Shown here: positions 21,267 to 30,941 of the stretch, piece after piece
How positions within the stretch are numbered: the first letter of the stretch is position 1
Layout of the letters: each line of letters opens with the position of its first letter
From: an uncultured Gemmatimonadota bacterium
GTDB lineage: Bacteria > JAAXHH01
Assembly: GCA_951812955.1 (NCBI GenBank)
Contig: OX638340.1
Coordinates: 1,824,001 to 1,888,000, forward strand
Direction: 5' to 3'
Length of the DNA stretch: 64,000 nt
Program-made: the position numbers and the translations under genes
Notes under the pieces: generated by a model
What the model was told of the DNA's origin: nothing
The model's database searches: none
Seen by the model: the letters and a program-made list of their open reading frames with translations, nothing else

Positions 21267-22007
21267 ATGACCAGCATCCGACACGACAGGCCATCCTGGG
21301 CGGGCAGGGTTCCGCGCCACAAGATTGCCGAGTTGTACAGGAAGGACGCGCTCGGAATTTGTGACGAAGAGTTGATCGACGAAGTGGGAATAGGCCTGCT
21401 TGTGAGAATCAGGGAGATATTCCGGGCGAGGGAAGCGAACAGTGGTCTCGCAAGATGTCCGCTTTGCAGGCGTGGGATCGCGCACGACTTCGACCCGGCA
21501 TTCCTGCTGCGATGTGAAACCTGCAACTGGGAACTGGCGTGGTCGGAATTCCAGAAGTCGTTTCAGGGCAAACACCTCATCGCATCCGGCATGACCGCTT
21601 TCCTGAAGGAATACCTGGAGAAATACCAGGTCGCGAAGTCACCCCAGAATAAGATGATCCTGATCGACACGCTGATTCATAGATACCACTGGGAACTCGA
21701 AGGCGGGTTGACCGGGCCGGGCGCCCGTGATCTAATCGGCGGGAAACCGCAGGATGTTATCGATTTCCTGAACGAACTGAGCTATGGGACCAAAAGCAAT
21801 CCGGATATCCTGGCTACCCGCCAGGAGTGGCTGGATAAAGTGCGGGCAAGCCGAGCACAGCATGCGGAAGCGGCCCAGGAGCGACAGCGAAAGGCTGAGG
21901 ACAAGAGACAAAAGGCGGAAGAGAAAACGAGGCGGGGAATATTGAAGAAGCAAGCGCGCGAGACTGGGCTTGCAGGTCAGGATCAGGAAGGAGCGATCCA
22001 TGACTGA
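21267..22007 (+). CDS. Hypothetical protein with CxxC...CxxC zinc-ribbon-like motif and Lys/Glu-rich C-terminal tail
   Basis: CPLCRRG...CETCNW; C-terminal RQRKAEDKRQKAEEKTRRGILKKQARE. Overlaps the downstream HIT gene by 8 nt. Confidence 0.5.
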   Translation: MTSIRHDRPSWAGRVPRHKIAELYRKDALGICDEELIDEVGIGLLVRIREIFRAREANSGLARCPLCRRGIAHDFDPAFLLRCETCNWELAWSEFQKSFQGKHLIASGMTAFLKEYLEKYQVAKSPQNKMILIDTLIHRYHWELEGGLTGPGARDLIGGKPQDVIDFLNELSYGTKSNPDILATRQEWLDKVRASRAQHAEAAQERQRKAEDKRQKAEEKTRRGILKKQARETGLAGQDQEGAIHD

Positions 22008-22458
22008 GAGCGCCCGCGACTGCGTCTTCTGTCGCATAATCCAGGGCGAACTGGACTCTGCGATCATTTACGAGGATGACTCTACCCTGGCATTCCTCAA
22101 TCTGCGCCAGAGCAACGAAGGACATGTCCTGGTGGTCCCCAAACGCCATTTCGAACAGATCTACGACCTTGACGAGGACACGGCCTGCGCGCTCGCCGGC
22201 ACGGTCTGTAAAGTGTCCCGAGCAGTGCGTAGAGTATACGCACCGGAAGGGTTATCGATCTGGCAATCCAATGGTCCGGCGGCGTTTCAGGAAGTGCCGC
22301 ATGTCCACTGGCATGTCTTCCCACGGTACACTGACGATGGGCTCTTGGTCGTATATCCCAGGGATATCGCTGACCGTGCACGTCTGATAAAGTCGGTGGA
22401 CTCCCTAAAGACGATTGCAGGACCCTTGATAGAGGCGCTTGAGGAAGACATCGAATAG
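22000..22458 (+). CDS. HIT (histidine triad) family hydrolase
   Basis: HVHWHVFPR histidine-triad motif; about 150 aa. Confidence 0.8.
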   Translation: MTESARDCVFCRIIQGELDSAIIYEDDSTLAFLNLRQSNEGHVLVVPKRHFEQIYDLDEDTACALAGTVCKVSRAVRRVYAPEGLSIWQSNGPAAFQEVPHVHWHVFPRYTDDGLLVVYPRDIADRARLIKSVDSLKTIAGPLIEALEEDIE

Positions 22459-22521
22459 GAGTATCCGCATCAGAACGGTGCCAGTTCGAACGGCATCTGA
22501 GGGACCACCTGGTAAATACCT

Positions 22522-23400
22522 ATGCCGTACGCATCCATTAACGGATTCAAGATGTTCTACGAAGTTCAAGGGGAAGGCGAGACCGTCGTATTCATACACG
22601 GCGGATTCCCTTCCTTAGATATGCACCTCCGCGCACAATCGATTGGCAAGTGGACCTGGGAGATGGATTTCACTTCGAGTCACCGTTTCATGACGTACGA
22701 TCGCCGAGGCTGCTGGCGGTCCTCTTGTCCTGAAGGTGGGTATGACCTTGAGAATCAAGTACGGGACCTGAATGAGTTGCTGGAACTTCTTGAAGTGGAA
22801 GAAGCGCATGTGATCGGTTCGTCTGCGGGTGGTCCCATCGCAATGCTGTTCGCGTCCATCTACCCGAATAGAGTCAATACGCTTGTACTGGCTGGTACCG
22901 CTGCAGATCTCTGGCCGAAGTACGACCCGGTTACCCGTATCGTAGAAGAACAGTTTGAATGCCTGAAAAAACAAGGCGCGAACGTAATCTGGAAGAACCG
23001 GCCGTCTGGAGTTGAGCTTTCATTTGACGTACTGTGGGAACGGGAGGAGATGAAGGAGCGGGGAGTTCTGGCAGAATACGAAGATCGCATAGCGCAGTCT
23101 CTGAAGAAGTGCAGTGTGCAAGACCGTGTGCAATGGTACGAAATCCAGCTTCGGGCCATCGGTGCTTACCTTGACAGGGATCTGACGAAGGAATGTGCTC
23201 GGATATCGGTTCCCACCCTTGTGGTTCACGGAGCGAATGACAGAGAAGTGCCCGTAGATTGGGGCCGAGATCTCTCCACGAAGATTCCAGGCGCCACATT
23301 CAGGATGTATAAGAGTGAATCACACGGCCTCGTCCACCGGTATGGCGTCGTTCGGCAGGATCTCATCGCGTTTTACGACCAGAATGGAACCACCTCATGA
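22522..23400 (+). CDS. Alpha/beta hydrolase fold protein
   Basis: GSSAGG nucleophile elbow (GxSxG), HG oxyanion motif near the N-terminus, 292 aa. Confidence 0.7.
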   Translation: MPYASINGFKMFYEVQGEGETVVFIHGGFPSLDMHLRAQSIGKWTWEMDFTSSHRFMTYDRRGCWRSSCPEGGYDLENQVRDLNELLELLEVEEAHVIGSSAGGPIAMLFASIYPNRVNTLVLAGTAADLWPKYDPVTRIVEEQFECLKKQGANVIWKNRPSGVELSFDVLWEREEMKERGVLAEYEDRIAQSLKKCSVQDRVQWYEIQLRAIGAYLDRDLTKECARISVPTLVVHGANDREVPVDWGRDLSTKIPGATFRMYKSESHGLVHRYGVVRQDLIAFYDQNGTTS

Positions 23401-24635
23401 AAATCACCGAGATCGAGGTACACGAAATCACCCTCGAATACGAGGACTGGATCGCGTACCAGCTGAACCATTTCTACGGACCGGCAAAGCGGACCGTCTA
23501 CGTCGCCCACACCGACGACGGGCTCATCGGCCTGGGCGAAGGGCACGATACGGAGCCGGAAGAAGTGATCGACCAGTACGTGGGCACGAACCCCTTCGAA
23601 TGGATTGGAGACGAAACCTCCCTCGCGCTGGGCACGGCGATGTACGACCTGATGGGCAAGGCAGCAGGCGTACCGGTGTACAAGCTTTTCGGACAGAAGG
23701 TCCGTTCCTGGGTGCCGGTGGGAAGCTGGACAGTATCTACGCATCCGGACCGCATGGCCGAAGCGGTGCGTAAATACGCAGCCCAGGGCTACACCTGGAT
23801 GAAATACCACCTTTCGCCCTTCGAGAATGTCATCGACCAGACCGAGGCGATGCAGGAGGTGGCGCCTGAAGGTTTCCGGATCCACTACGACTTCACAATG
23901 CACGGCACCGACGACCACATGCCCGAACTCCTGGACAAACTGGAGCAATTCCCGGTAGCGGGATGCTTCGAGGATCCGCTACCTCCGGGCGATATCCAGG
24001 GTTACATCGAATTGCGGAAGCGGTCCCGGTTGCCCGTCGTGCTGCACCATTTTCCAACGAATGCGACGTACGAAGTGTTCATGAAGCCCGCCGATGCGTA
24101 CATGCTGGGACATCAACTGATCGGGGAATCGGTACGGCGAGCCGGCCTGTTCGCCGCGGACAACAGCCCCTTCATGCTCCAGAACGTGGGCGGGAACATC
24201 ACCCGGGCCATGACCTCCCACATGATGGCGGCCTTCCCCTCGGCGAACTTCCACTTCGTCAGCACGACGGAGACCTGGAAATCCGACGTGGTCGAGGAAC
24301 GGTTGGAACCGGTCAACGGTTTCGTGCGGGTACCGGAAGCGCCGGGGTTGGGCGTCACGCTGGATCGGGATGAACTGGAACAGCTGAAACAAATCGAAGT
24401 GCCTCGCCAGGAGAAATGGATCATCAGGTCGCGATTCGAGAACGGCGCACGCATGTACAACATCGCCGATCCGGAGGATTCCATTTTCATGGTGCGGCCG
24501 GACCGGCGGCGCGGGATGGTGCCCATGCGATACGACGCACCGATCACCACCGACTACTGGGACGACAACGGCACGGAGGCATACCGGGAGATGTTCGCCC
24601 GGATCGAACGGGAAGGCGTCGTGCTCGAGAGATGA
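23397..24635 (+). CDS. Enolase superfamily enzyme (mandelate racemase / muconate-lactonising / acid-sugar dehydratase-like)
   Basis: MKITEIEVHEITLEY...VYVAHTDDGLIGLGEG capping-domain pattern and ~410 aa length. ATGA start/stop overlap with the upstream gene. Confidence 0.65.
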   Translation: MKITEIEVHEITLEYEDWIAYQLNHFYGPAKRTVYVAHTDDGLIGLGEGHDTEPEEVIDQYVGTNPFEWIGDETSLALGTAMYDLMGKAAGVPVYKLFGQKVRSWVPVGSWTVSTHPDRMAEAVRKYAAQGYTWMKYHLSPFENVIDQTEAMQEVAPEGFRIHYDFTMHGTDDHMPELLDKLEQFPVAGCFEDPLPPGDIQGYIELRKRSRLPVVLHHFPTNATYEVFMKPADAYMLGHQLIGESVRRAGLFAADNSPFMLQNVGGNITRAMTSHMMAAFPSANFHFVSTTETWKSDVVEERLEPVNGFVRVPEAPGLGVTLDRDELEQLKQIEVPRQEKWIIRSRFENGARMYNIADPEDSIFMVRPDRRRGMVPMRYDAPITTDYWDDNGTEAYREMFARIEREGVVLER

Positions 24636-24666
24636 TATAAGACCTCACGCGGTGATGGGAAGGCCG

Positions 24667-24732
24667 CACGCCGGAAACGCCAGTCGGGTCGACTTTACGA
24701 CATAAAGCACGCCGGAAACGCCAGTCGGGTCG
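24667..24732. repeat. Two perfect 25-bp direct repeats (cacgccggaaacgccagtcgggtcg) separated by 16 bp
   Basis: Read directly in the intergenic region downstream of the enolase-family gene. Confidence 0.85.
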
Positions 24733-24744
24733 GCCTGACATTCT

Positions 24745-24764
24745 AATGTACAATTGTACATTAG
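24745..24764. promoter_or_regulatory. 20-bp perfect palindrome TAATGTACAATTGTACATTA (putative operator)
   Basis: Read directly. It lies about 70 bp upstream of the 24835 gene and shares the TGTACAATTGTACA core with the 2032-2047 site. Confidence 0.45.
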
Positions 24765-24834
24765 CCAGTTGGCCGCGACGTTGATTGACTGATACAACCC
24801 AAAGTGAGATGGCCACTCGGCCACCGAGGTAGCC

Positions 24835-26382
24835 ATGCAGAAACCGAAACTGATCCACTACAACGACGCCCGGCACTACAGTATTTACCGGTACGAACCG
24901 CCCATGAGCTTGCATCAGTGGCGTCAGCCCGTGGACGAGATCCTGGGGACCGACGTGGATACCCTGGTCTATGGCCTGGGATCGGGCGAGACCTTTCTGC
25001 ACGGTACGCAGGCGGGGCTGAAGTGGGGCGAGGACGTCGAAAAGCACAACATGAGCATGATGTGGTGGACTGCGACGGAGAATTTGAACCTGGCACTCGA
25101 AGCGGGGATCGATCCGCTCGCTGTGGCGGTGGAGAGAGCGCACGAAAAAGGACGGCGCATCCTGGGAAGCCTGCGGATGACAGAACCCACCTCTCCGGAC
25201 GACGACAATCCCTACATGCTGGGCCGCCTCAAGCGCGAACATCCGGAAGTCATGATCGGCGGGAACCATCCCGACTACCCCCGAGCTGCTGGATGCGCGG
25301 ATTACACCCACGAGAGCGTGCGCTCGGAGCGGCTAAGCGTCATCGAGGAGGTGTGCGGCCGGTACGGAATGGATGGGTTGGAATTTGATCCCTATGTGGG
25401 CGTGTTCTTTAATCCCACCGAAGCCCGGGAGAAAACGCCCGTACTCACGGAGTTCGTCAGGGAAGTGCGCAGGCTGCTCGATCGTGTCGGCGCTGCCCGC
25501 GGTCAATCGCTGTGTCTGGCCGTGAGAGTGCGTAGTACCGAGGAGGCGAATCTCGCGTTGGGCATGGACGTGCGCGGGTGGCTGAACGAGGGTCTGTTGG
25601 ATATCGTCGCCCTGTGGACCGAAAGTTTCCTCTTCGACCAAGAGATGCCGATTGGTTGGCTGGTCGAAGCGGCGTCCGGCTCGCAGACGCCGGTCTACCC
25701 CATGCTGGGACGAACACCGTACGACGACCGCCACCACCTGCCAACGATCGAGATGTACCGGGCCGCGGCGGCAAACTACAGCGCCATGGGGACGGACGGG
25801 CTGTACCTGCTGGACCTGCCCTGGCCGCACACGGAACGCGAATACCAGATCTTCCGCGAGATGAGCGACCCGGACATCCATCTCAGGAAGAAGAAGCATT
25901 ACTTTCCTGCGCAAAGGGAACCGAACGCCGAGCCTCACTCTCCGGAGCGGAATCTCCCTATGGATCTGGAGGAAGGAGCGCCCGTCCAGGTGCCGTTCCT
26001 GGTTGGCGACGATTTGGACGCTGCCCGGGACGACGGCGAACTCAAGGCGGCAAGGCTTGGGGTACGCATCCTGAGGACCTGCCCCGAAGACCTGTACATG
26101 TTCCGGTTCAACGATGCGGTGATCGGACCAGCGGAGATCACCCACATCTATGGCGGTGTGGTGTCATATACAGCCCACAGATCCGGTCTCCCGGAACGCA
26201 TCGACACCCACTACTGGTTCGACTTCGATCTTCCCATCGAACTGGTCCGGGAGGGCCAGAACGAGTTGGAAGTCGTCCTCGAACAACGCCATGCGCCTTT
26301 AGGCAAGGACCGCGAACTACAACAGGTCGAGTTGATCGTGGAATACAGGGAGCCCCATGTACCGGTGGGCGGGCAGATGTGA
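24835..26382 (+). CDS. Hypothetical protein (515 aa), possibly a glycoside-hydrolase-like TIM-barrel
   Basis: Long ORF with good coding periodicity and no confident motif. The assignment is weak. Confidence 0.4.
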   Translation: MQKPKLIHYNDARHYSIYRYEPPMSLHQWRQPVDEILGTDVDTLVYGLGSGETFLHGTQAGLKWGEDVEKHNMSMMWWTATENLNLALEAGIDPLAVAVERAHEKGRRILGSLRMTEPTSPDDDNPYMLGRLKREHPEVMIGGNHPDYPRAAGCADYTHESVRSERLSVIEEVCGRYGMDGLEFDPYVGVFFNPTEAREKTPVLTEFVREVRRLLDRVGAARGQSLCLAVRVRSTEEANLALGMDVRGWLNEGLLDIVALWTESFLFDQEMPIGWLVEAASGSQTPVYPMLGRTPYDDRHHLPTIEMYRAAAANYSAMGTDGLYLLDLPWPHTEREYQIFREMSDPDIHLRKKKHYFPAQREPNAEPHSPERNLPMDLEEGAPVQVPFLVGDDLDAARDDGELKAARLGVRILRTCPEDLYMFRFNDAVIGPAEITHIYGGVVSYTAHRSGLPERIDTHYWFDFDLPIELVREGQNELEVVLEQRHAPLGKDRELQQVELIVEYREPHVPVGGQM

Positions 26383-26496
26383 TCGAAGGACCGGGGTGCT
26401 TGATTTGCATGGCCGGACGCCATAAACACATTAATTAAATCGAAACTGCGATTTGGTTTCAAATCTATCAAGTAGTTATCAGCAGGGATCGACGCC

Positions 26497-27345
26497 ATGA
26501 AGCTTTGCACAGTACAACCTCACATGTCGGACTCGATTTCCGAGAACGTGATTGAAATCACCAGGTGGGTTCAAAGGGCCGCCGGTGAAGGCGCAGATGT
26601 GGTGCTGTTTCCTGAAATGATGCTGACTGGTTACGACCATCAACTACATGATCTGTTTAAGGATACCCGTTGGCATAGGCAGGTTGATGAAGCGCTGTCT
26701 GAACTAAGTGACGTGGTCGACGCATCTGGAACTAGCGCATTCGTAGGAATGCCATATCCTTATGGCGGTGGTCATCTCAACGCGCTTGTACTGCTTCAAC
26801 CGGAAAGCGACGCTGTTCTCGCTGGTGCCAGGTCCCATTTGCCGGTGGGGGATAGAAACCGATGGGGATTCGTAGAACCTGAAAACCGCGTTCCCACGGA
26901 CTTCCATGGCATTTCATTCGGATCGATATTCTGCGCCGAAGCGCATCATCTCGACTACACACAGGGAAAGGGTCTGGAGAAAAGCGATGTAATACTCTGG
27001 CCCGGCGTTGTCGGGAGCGATCATAACGAAAAGAGTGAGGTCACCACGGATTGGAACGTTGAGCTGGCAAGGAAAATCGCCATTTTCTACAATGTCCCAG
27101 TGCTCCAGTCAAACTATCTTACCTATGCCACTGACATTTCCACCCAGTCAATGCTGGAAAGTAACCGAATGCTGGGTGGCTCCATTGCCTGTGATGCATC
27201 TGGACAGGTTCTCGATCAAGCCTCTCGGAAAGACGAAGAAATACGGTGGTTCGAGTTGAGTCGTGTAAACGGAACTGTCAAAGTAACCGCATTGGATACG
27301 ACGCATCAGGCCGAATGTTCTGGTGAGGCCCGTTCAATTGAATAG
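26497..27345 (+). CDS. Carbon-nitrogen hydrolase (nitrilase superfamily)
   Basis: VVLFPEMMLTGY catalytic-Glu region, Lys region and GSIFCAE Cys region consistent with the E-K-C triad. Confidence 0.65.
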   Translation: MKLCTVQPHMSDSISENVIEITRWVQRAAGEGADVVLFPEMMLTGYDHQLHDLFKDTRWHRQVDEALSELSDVVDASGTSAFVGMPYPYGGGHLNALVLLQPESDAVLAGARSHLPVGDRNRWGFVEPENRVPTDFHGISFGSIFCAEAHHLDYTQGKGLEKSDVILWPGVVGSDHNEKSEVTTDWNVELARKIAIFYNVPVLQSNYLTYATDISTQSMLESNRMLGGSIACDASGQVLDQASRKDEEIRWFELSRVNGTVKVTALDTTHQAECSGEARSIE

Positions 27346-28207
27346 TGTTTCCGACTTCGACGAATTGTGGGACTACAACGATCTGGTGAAGACCGAAAAG
27401 GACTTCCGTGAACTGCTGCCCGAATCACGGGCCTCCGGAGACCCCGAATACCACACCCAACTTCTCACCCAAATTGCGCGCACCCACAGCCTTCGACGGC
27501 AATTCGACGAAGCTCACAGCATCCTAGATGATGCCGAGGCGCTGCTCAGCGACAAGATCCCGGTCGCGCGTGTCCGATACCTCCTCGAGCGCGGCCGCAC
27601 CTTCAATTCAGCGGGCGAAATTGATGCTGCCCGTCCGCTCTTCGAGGAAGCCTGTGATCTGGCGCGCGGGATCGGTGCGGACTACCACGCCGTGGACGCG
27701 GCGCACATGATTGGGATCTGCGAGACAGGCGATAAAGCACTGCGGTGGAACGAAACTGCGATGGATATGGCGGAAGCTTCCCCCGATGCCCGCGCGAAGG
27801 AATGGCTCGGTGCGCTCTACAACAACACGGGGTGGACGTACCACGACGCGGGGGAGTACCATTGTGCGCTGGAACGCTTCGAAAAAGGCCTGGCGTGGCG
27901 CGTCGAACGGAACGATCCTGTTACCATACGGATCGCAAAATGGTCCGTTGCCAGGGCATTGCGCTCACTGGGTCGTGCAGTCGAGGCCCTGGATATGCAA
28001 CGGTCTCTGCTCGCGGAGCACGAATCGGAGGGCACGAAGGACGGCTACGTTTACGAAGAACTCGCCGAGTGCCTTCTAATCCTTGGAAAGGCAGACGATG
28101 CGCGGCCTTTCTTCAACCTCGCGTACCATGAATTGTCGAAGGACGCCTGGCTGAAGGAAAATGAAAGGGGTCGTCTCGACCGGCTTCAGCGGTTTGGTAA
28201 ACTGTAG
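27323..28207 (+). CDS. Hypothetical helical (TPR-like) protein, GTG start
   Basis: 294 aa, predicted alpha-helical repeats (ALYNNTGWTYHDAGEYHCALERFEKGL...). No catalytic motif recognised. Confidence 0.4.
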   Translation: MRPVQLNSVSDFDELWDYNDLVKTEKDFRELLPESRASGDPEYHTQLLTQIARTHSLRRQFDEAHSILDDAEALLSDKIPVARVRYLLERGRTFNSAGEIDAARPLFEEACDLARGIGADYHAVDAAHMIGICETGDKALRWNETAMDMAEASPDARAKEWLGALYNNTGWTYHDAGEYHCALERFEKGLAWRVERNDPVTIRIAKWSVARALRSLGRAVEALDMQRSLLAEHESEGTKDGYVYEELAECLLILGKADDARPFFNLAYHELSKDAWLKENERGRLDRLQRFGKL

Positions 28208-28265
28208 TCAGCGTTAGTCAGCTTGAGTCAGCGTTAGTCGGCGTGAGACAGCTCGAGTCAACGTG
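28206..28265. repeat. Six tandem degenerate 10-bp units (AGTCAGCGTT-like) starting inside the stop codon of the upstream gene
   Basis: agtcagcgtt agtcagcttg agtcagcgtt agtcggcgtg agacagctcg agtcaacgtg, read directly. Confidence 0.8.
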
Positions 28266-28386
28266 GCACATTTCTCGGGGTTTCAGCAGCAAAGATGGTG
28301 TTTTTTGTGAATCCGTTTGTGCATCCTATATTGTATAAAACGTAACTAAAAACCAACCATTTACCATCACCCCACCTAAGGCGCGT

Positions 28387-30783
28387 ATGTTCCAGAATTA
28401 CTTCGTCGTGGCCATACGCAATCTCCTCCGGCATCCCGCCTACTCGTTAATCAACATCGCCGGCCTCGCCATCGGTTTGACCGCGTGCATCCTGATCCTG
28501 TTGTACGTCCAGGACGAGCTCAGCTACGATCGTCATCACGAGAAAGCCAATCGCATTTACCGGATCGTCGATGATATTGAAAGCGGTGGGCAGACCATAG
28601 AGACTGCGGGTACGCCCCCTGGATGGGCTGCCGCGCTGAAGCGGGACTACCCGGAAGTCGAGCAGTTCGTCCGCATGAGGGGCACGATGTCCGCATGGCT
28701 GATTACCCATGGTGAATCCCGGTTTTACGAAAAGAAAGTCATCTGGGCGGAGCCAACCCTGTTCGAGTTGTTTTCTATCCCTCTGGTTTCCGGCAATCCC
28801 CGGACCGCACTGAGAGATCCAAAATCGATGGTGGTTTCGGAGGAAATGGCGTTCAAGTACTTCGGCGAGGAAGAAGCATTGGGAAAGATCATCAACGTGG
28901 ATCAAAGCTGGGACTTCGTCGTGACCGGCGTCATGCGGAACATGCCCGCCAATTCCCACATGCGTGCGGACATGTTCGCTTCCTTCAGAGAATTCAGAGC
29001 CATGGGTCTGGATCAGGACTGGGAAAACCATGACAACAACTACACCTATCTTCTGTTGCGTGAAGGCGCCTCTCCCGAAGCACTCGAAGCGCGGTTGCCG
29101 TCCTTCCTGGAACGCTACGCTGGGGACATGTACAGCGAAGCGGGCGTCACCTTGAACCCGTCGCTGCAATCTCTGGTAGATATCCATCTGCATTCGCACC
29201 GGGAGAGCGAACTCGAGCCCAATGGAGATATCCGTTACGTGGCGCTCTTCATGATCATCTCGTTCCTGATTCCGCTGATCGCGTGCATCAACTTCGTCAA
29301 CATGGCTACGGCACGGGCGGCCATGCGCGCAAGGGAAGTAGGCGTACGCAAGGTGATGGGCGCAGATCGACCCCAGTTGATCAGGCAATTCCTGGGAGAA
29401 GCAGTCTTGATCGCGGCATTCGCCATGATCCTTGCGGTGGTCCTGGTACATCTCGCCCTGCCTTCTGTCAATGCGCTCGCGGGCAAGCAACTGGCGTTCC
29501 CCCTGTCGAATGGCTTTGTATTGGCCGTATTGGCCGGTGGCACATTGGCCACAGGATTAGCCGCTGGCTGCTATCCGGCATTCTATCTGTCGCGTTTCCT
29601 GCCTACCGAAGTTTTGAAGGGCAACCCAATATCGGGAACACAAGGATTGGGGTTGCGCAAAGTGCTGGTCGTTACTCAGTTCGCCATGTCCATATTCCTG
29701 CTCGTCAGCACGGCCATCATCTTCGACCAACTCGAGTACATCCAGACCAAACGCCTCGGATTCGATAAGGAACAGGTAATGGTCGTGCCCATAACGGGAT
29801 TCCTGCAGCGGCAGAATACGCCCGTACTGAAAGATCGATTGTCCCAGTTACCGGGCGTTATGAGCATGGCGACGTCAACCGCCGTACCGGGCATGCGGGT
29901 GTTACCGATTATGCCGGTCCGTCCGGAGGGGATGCGGCCCGAGGATCACCTGATGATGGCCACACTGCAGGTGGACGATCATTTCCTGGACGTCATGGAG
30001 ATCGGACTGGTGACCGGGCGGAACTTTTCAACAGACTGGGGAACGGATTCGACCACGGGGTTCCTGCTGAACGAGACTGCAGTGCGGTACCTGGGGTGGG
30101 GAGCGCCTGCCGACGCGATTGGCAAGCGATTCGAGTGGATCCCATTCGGCGGGAAGAAAGGGGACGTAATCGGTGTGGTAGAGGATTTTCACCTGCGAAC
30201 GATTCACGAGGAGATCGAACCGGTCGTTATACTAACGAGTTCGTACCAGGAATATGTCCTTATCCGTATCGCACCGGACGGGATCCCCGAGACCGTCTCG
30301 CGCATTGAGAAAGTATGGCGGGACGTCGATCCCAGGTACCCGCTTGAATACACGTTCCTGGAAGAGGATTTTGACCGGCTGTACCGTGCCGACCGCCAGC
30401 TTGGCGAGGTCTTCGCGTCCTTTGCGTTTCTCGCGGTCTTCGTGGCCTGCCTGGGCCTCCTGGGGCTGTCTTCGTTCTCGATACAGCAGCGTACGAAAGA
30501 GATCGGCATTCGCAAGGTACTCGGCTCTACGGTTTCAGGAATCGTGGTATTGCTGTCCAGGGATTTCATGAAGTACGTCCTGCTGGCCAATGTCATCGCC
30601 TGGCCGCTGGCGTACTACGCCATGACGATTTGGCTACAAAATTACGCCTATTCATCGGAGATCAGGTTGGCGTGGTTTGTCTCGGGCGGCGTCACCGCGC
30701 TGGTCATCGCCTGGCTGACGATCGGCGCCCACGCGATGGCCGCTTCGCGGCGAAATCCGGTTAACGCCTTGAGGCAGGGGTGA
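28387..30783 (+). CDS. ABC transporter permease, FtsX/MacB-like, ~800 aa with two FtsX domains (paralog 1)
   Basis: MFQNYFVVAIRNLLRHPAYSLINIAGLAIGLTACILILLYVQDELSYDRHH N-terminus and the C-terminal ...RRNPVNALRQG are characteristic of the 800-aa FtsX-family permeases. Confidence 0.9.
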   Translation: MFQNYFVVAIRNLLRHPAYSLINIAGLAIGLTACILILLYVQDELSYDRHHEKANRIYRIVDDIESGGQTIETAGTPPGWAAALKRDYPEVEQFVRMRGTMSAWLITHGESRFYEKKVIWAEPTLFELFSIPLVSGNPRTALRDPKSMVVSEEMAFKYFGEEEALGKIINVDQSWDFVVTGVMRNMPANSHMRADMFASFREFRAMGLDQDWENHDNNYTYLLLREGASPEALEARLPSFLERYAGDMYSEAGVTLNPSLQSLVDIHLHSHRESELEPNGDIRYVALFMIISFLIPLIACINFVNMATARAAMRAREVGVRKVMGADRPQLIRQFLGEAVLIAAFAMILAVVLVHLALPSVNALAGKQLAFPLSNGFVLAVLAGGTLATGLAAGCYPAFYLSRFLPTEVLKGNPISGTQGLGLRKVLVVTQFAMSIFLLVSTAIIFDQLEYIQTKRLGFDKEQVMVVPITGFLQRQNTPVLKDRLSQLPGVMSMATSTAVPGMRVLPIMPVRPEGMRPEDHLMMATLQVDDHFLDVMEIGLVTGRNFSTDWGTDSTTGFLLNETAVRYLGWGAPADAIGKRFEWIPFGGKKGDVIGVVEDFHLRTIHEEIEPVVILTSSYQEYVLIRIAPDGIPETVSRIEKVWRDVDPRYPLEYTFLEEDFDRLYRADRQLGEVFASFAFLAVFVACLGLLGLSSFSIQQRTKEIGIRKVLGSTVSGIVVLLSRDFMKYVLLANVIAWPLAYYAMTIWLQNYAYSSEIRLAWFVSGGVTALVIAWLTIGAHAMAASRRNPVNALRQG

Positions 30784-30941
30784 CAGAGTGGTTGCGGCAC
30801 TGGTTCGCATGGTAGACTATGGATGCTCGATTGCCGTGCAAATCGACATAGTCTAAGTGCAACGGAGTGGGGCATGAATTGCCAATTGCCAAGTCCCGAA
30901 TGGCTCTGTCAGAAGTACGGGATTGAGTTTATGGAACAGCC

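Noticed and set aside
28206-28265. Decamer repeats considered as a CRISPR or minisatellite-encoded peptide
   Set aside because: Unit length 10 bp with no spacers. Not in a coding frame of any supported gene.
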